Translations under genes and position numbers: made by a program | Assembly (NCBI RefSeq): GCF_001194135.2 | Contig: NC_068990.1 | Location: 95,602 to 159,601, forward strand | Direction: 5' to 3' | DNA: 64,000 nt | From: Octopus bimaculoides | Lineage: Eukaryota | The notes under the pieces: model-generated | Seen by the model: the letters and a program-made list of their open reading frames with translations, nothing else | Databases searched by the model: none | What the model was told of the DNA's origin: nothing | Shown: in pieces, positions 61,511 through 64,000 of the stretch | How positions within the stretch are numbered: position 1 is the first letter of the stretch | Layout of the letters: every line of letters begins with the position of its first letter

Positions 61511-64000
61511 ATGGAAAAGTTACTGAAAGCAGTCGTAAAACAACAAGAGCAGCAACAGCAGCAACTACAGAAGTTCACAGAGTTGTTGCTGCAGTTGAGA
61601 AATGCAACAGAATCATTTTCAGCAGATGGGGTTGCAAACTCCATCGAAGAATTTCAGTACAAACCGGATGAAGGCACTACTTTTACCGTGTATTACAGAC
61701 ATTATGAAGACATATTCAGAGAACGATGCAAGGGATGGTCTTGTCAAAGTTGGATGAAGATGAGAAGCTAACCTTGCAGAAAGTGGCTGAGGAATGCCAA
61801 CGAATAATAAACCACCGAGAAGGTACAAGGAAAATAGAAGACAATAATAATAAGAATAATAATGTACAAACTTGTAAAGAAAGGACAGAAAGAAAAAAAA
61901 ATATAAATCCCAAACTGTGCTATGGCTGTGGAAACCTGCATTTTAAGAAAGATTGCCCCTTTAAAGATAAAAAGATGTTTTAAGTGCAGTAAAATTGGGC
62001 ATAGACAGTCAAAATGTTGGTTGAAGAAAAATGTAAAACAGAAGAAAGCCTACTCAACAAAAATAAATGATACCAGACAAAACTGAAAATTTGTGTCTGT
62101 AGAAATAAATGGTTTTTGTCTGACCAAAATGCAATTAGATACTGGTTCAGACATATTGATAACTAATACGGCAACAAAAATGATGCATAAAAGTAAAATA
62201 ATGGTATTTAAAAATACAATGATGTACCCTGATGTATTCTTGAAGGAACTCGGAATGTGTAAAAAAATCAAACTAAAGTCTGAGTTGAAAGAAAATGTGG
62301 TGCCAGTATTCAAACCAAAAAGGAATGTGCCTTTTGCGGCGTTAAATCAAATTGAGAAGGAACTAAAAAGATTGGAAGACACAGAGGTAATTGAAAAAGT
62401 AGACTACTCAGAGTGGGTGGCTCCTACTGCATATATAAGAAAGAAAAACAACGAAATAAGAGTATGTGCAGACTTCTCAACAGGTCTTAATGATTGTTTA
62501 AAAAACTACAATTATCCAGAAGAAATATTTGCTAAATGCAATGGTGGGAAAATTTTTTCCAAGCTGGATTTGTCAGAGGTCTACCTCCAATTACTGGTAG
62601 ATGAGGAATGTGCTAAAGTATTAACAATTAATACTCATAAAGGTGTGGTACCATTTCAAAAGACTGCCGTTTGGGGTTAAGGTTGCACCAGCAATATTTC
62701 AGCAAGTGATGGACACTTGCAGATTTGTGGTCCCATACTTGGATGACATATTGATCAAAAGTTAATCTAGGGACCAGCATATTGAACATATAAAAAATGT
62801 TTTTAAAAGGATAAGTGATCATGGATTTAAAGTAAGTGAAAATAAATGCAATTTTTTTTTTTAACAAAAATAGTGATCGATGAAAATGGACGAAAACTGG
62901 AACCTTCTAGGGTCAACACGATAAAAAATATGCCTGCTCCCACTAACAAGACAACATTACAAGCATTTTTAGGTCTGGTAAGTTATACCTGCTGTACATA
63001 CCTAAAATGTATGAGCTAAGAGCTCCGTTGAATAATTTGTTAAAGAAAGACACGAAATGAGACTGGACAAACAAAGTCAGAAAGCATTTGAGGAATTAAA
63101 AAAGAGGTTAACATCAGAGTTATCATTAACTCATTTTGACCCAAACCTGAAAATAATTGTGGCATCGGATGGTAGTGAATATGGTATAGGAGCGGTGATA
63201 TTGCATAAATTTAATGATGGTAAAATCAAAGCTATTGCACATGCATCAAGAGATCTCCTAGTAGCAGGAAAAAAAAAACTACAGCCAGATCTAAAAGGAG
63301 GCTTTATCATTAATCTTCGCAGTAAAGAGATTCCATAAATTCCTACACTGTAGGAAGTTTACACTGCAAACTGATCACTGACCATTACTGTCTATTTTCG
63401 GTTAAAAAAAAAAGGGCATCCCTACTCACTCAGCAAACCGCTTCCAGCACTGGGGGACTACCCTGCTGAACTATGATTTTCAGATGGAGTTTTTACCATC
63501 AAAGAAAATGATACACGCAGACAGGTTGTCTAGGCCAATTCCAAAATATAAGGCACGTTTTGAAGACACGGTGAATGCATCATTAAAACTAGAAATGGAA
63601 CTGAAGAACATTTTGTGCAATGGAGGACGTGATTTGCCAGTAATGCCGGAACAAATTAGATTGAAATTGGAAAAAGATATGTTCATAATCAAGATTTTAA
63701 AAATATTGTTGGAAAGTAACACAAAAAATAATATAAATGAGCGGAACGCAGGTTCCAGGCATTATTCAGTATGTGCTGCTGTATCATTATATGCACAAAG
63801 GGAGGTAATACCCGAAACACTGCAAAACAGAATATTGAAAGACTTCCATGTAAGACATCTGGGGATTGCCCGGATGAAAAGCCTCATGAGGTCGAATATG
63901 GACAAGCAAATTGAGAGACTGGTAAAACAATGTAAGGGATGTGTTATGGCAGCAAAGGTGCCCCCAGTGCAGATACAGCCATGGCCAAAAACGGATTCAG
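61511..64000 (+). mobile_element. Degenerate Ty3/Gypsy (Mag-like) gag-pol; runs off the window
   Basis: Gag FQYKPDEGTTFTVYYRHYEDIF; two zinc knuckles (CYGCGNLHFKKDC at 61918, CFKCSKIGHRQSKC at 61976); protease QLDTGSD (62138). RT RVCADFSTGLN, FSKLDLS, LPFG and YLDD (62736-62747); RNase H VASDGSEYGIGAV; integrase Zn region FHVRHLG...CKGC. Many stops and deletions. Confidence 0.95.

Noticed and set aside
61337-61771. 144-aa ORF with a poly-Q stretch as a host gene
   Set aside because: It is LTR sequence read into the start of the Gypsy gag.

Overview
AT-rich eukaryotic (animal) genomic DNA with five N gaps, dense microsatellites and no intact protein-coding ORF that I can identify. The repeat families (RTE-type tails ending GTTAAA(C/T)GATGATG, tRNA-derived SINEs with a CCTTGGGCAAG core) look like those of an Octopus genome; this is my recognition, not a database result. 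Most of the window is transposon fossils: two LTR retrotransposon remnants (gag-protease at 2.4-3.7 kb, a Mag-like Ty3/Gypsy from 61.3 kb to the end), several RTE LINE fragments, four Tc1/mariner fossils (three mariner-type, two with a readable DD34D spacing, and one DD37D maT), mariner- and piggyBac-like MITEs, and at least three SINE types. A CpG-retaining zone at about 6.9-11.6 kb suggests a promoter, and a few short splice-site-bounded segments (33, 37, 39, 44 kb) hint at an unidentified plus-strand host gene with large introns (low confidence). The best finding is a 537-bp palindromic insertion (58168-58704) bounded by a 13-bp direct repeat. Each arm reads tRNA-like Pol III head, (AAT)n, then a minimal hammerhead ribozyme of the Penelope type. 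A second, different hammerhead-like motif sits next to a 577-bp near-perfect hairpin at 27.6-28.4 kb.
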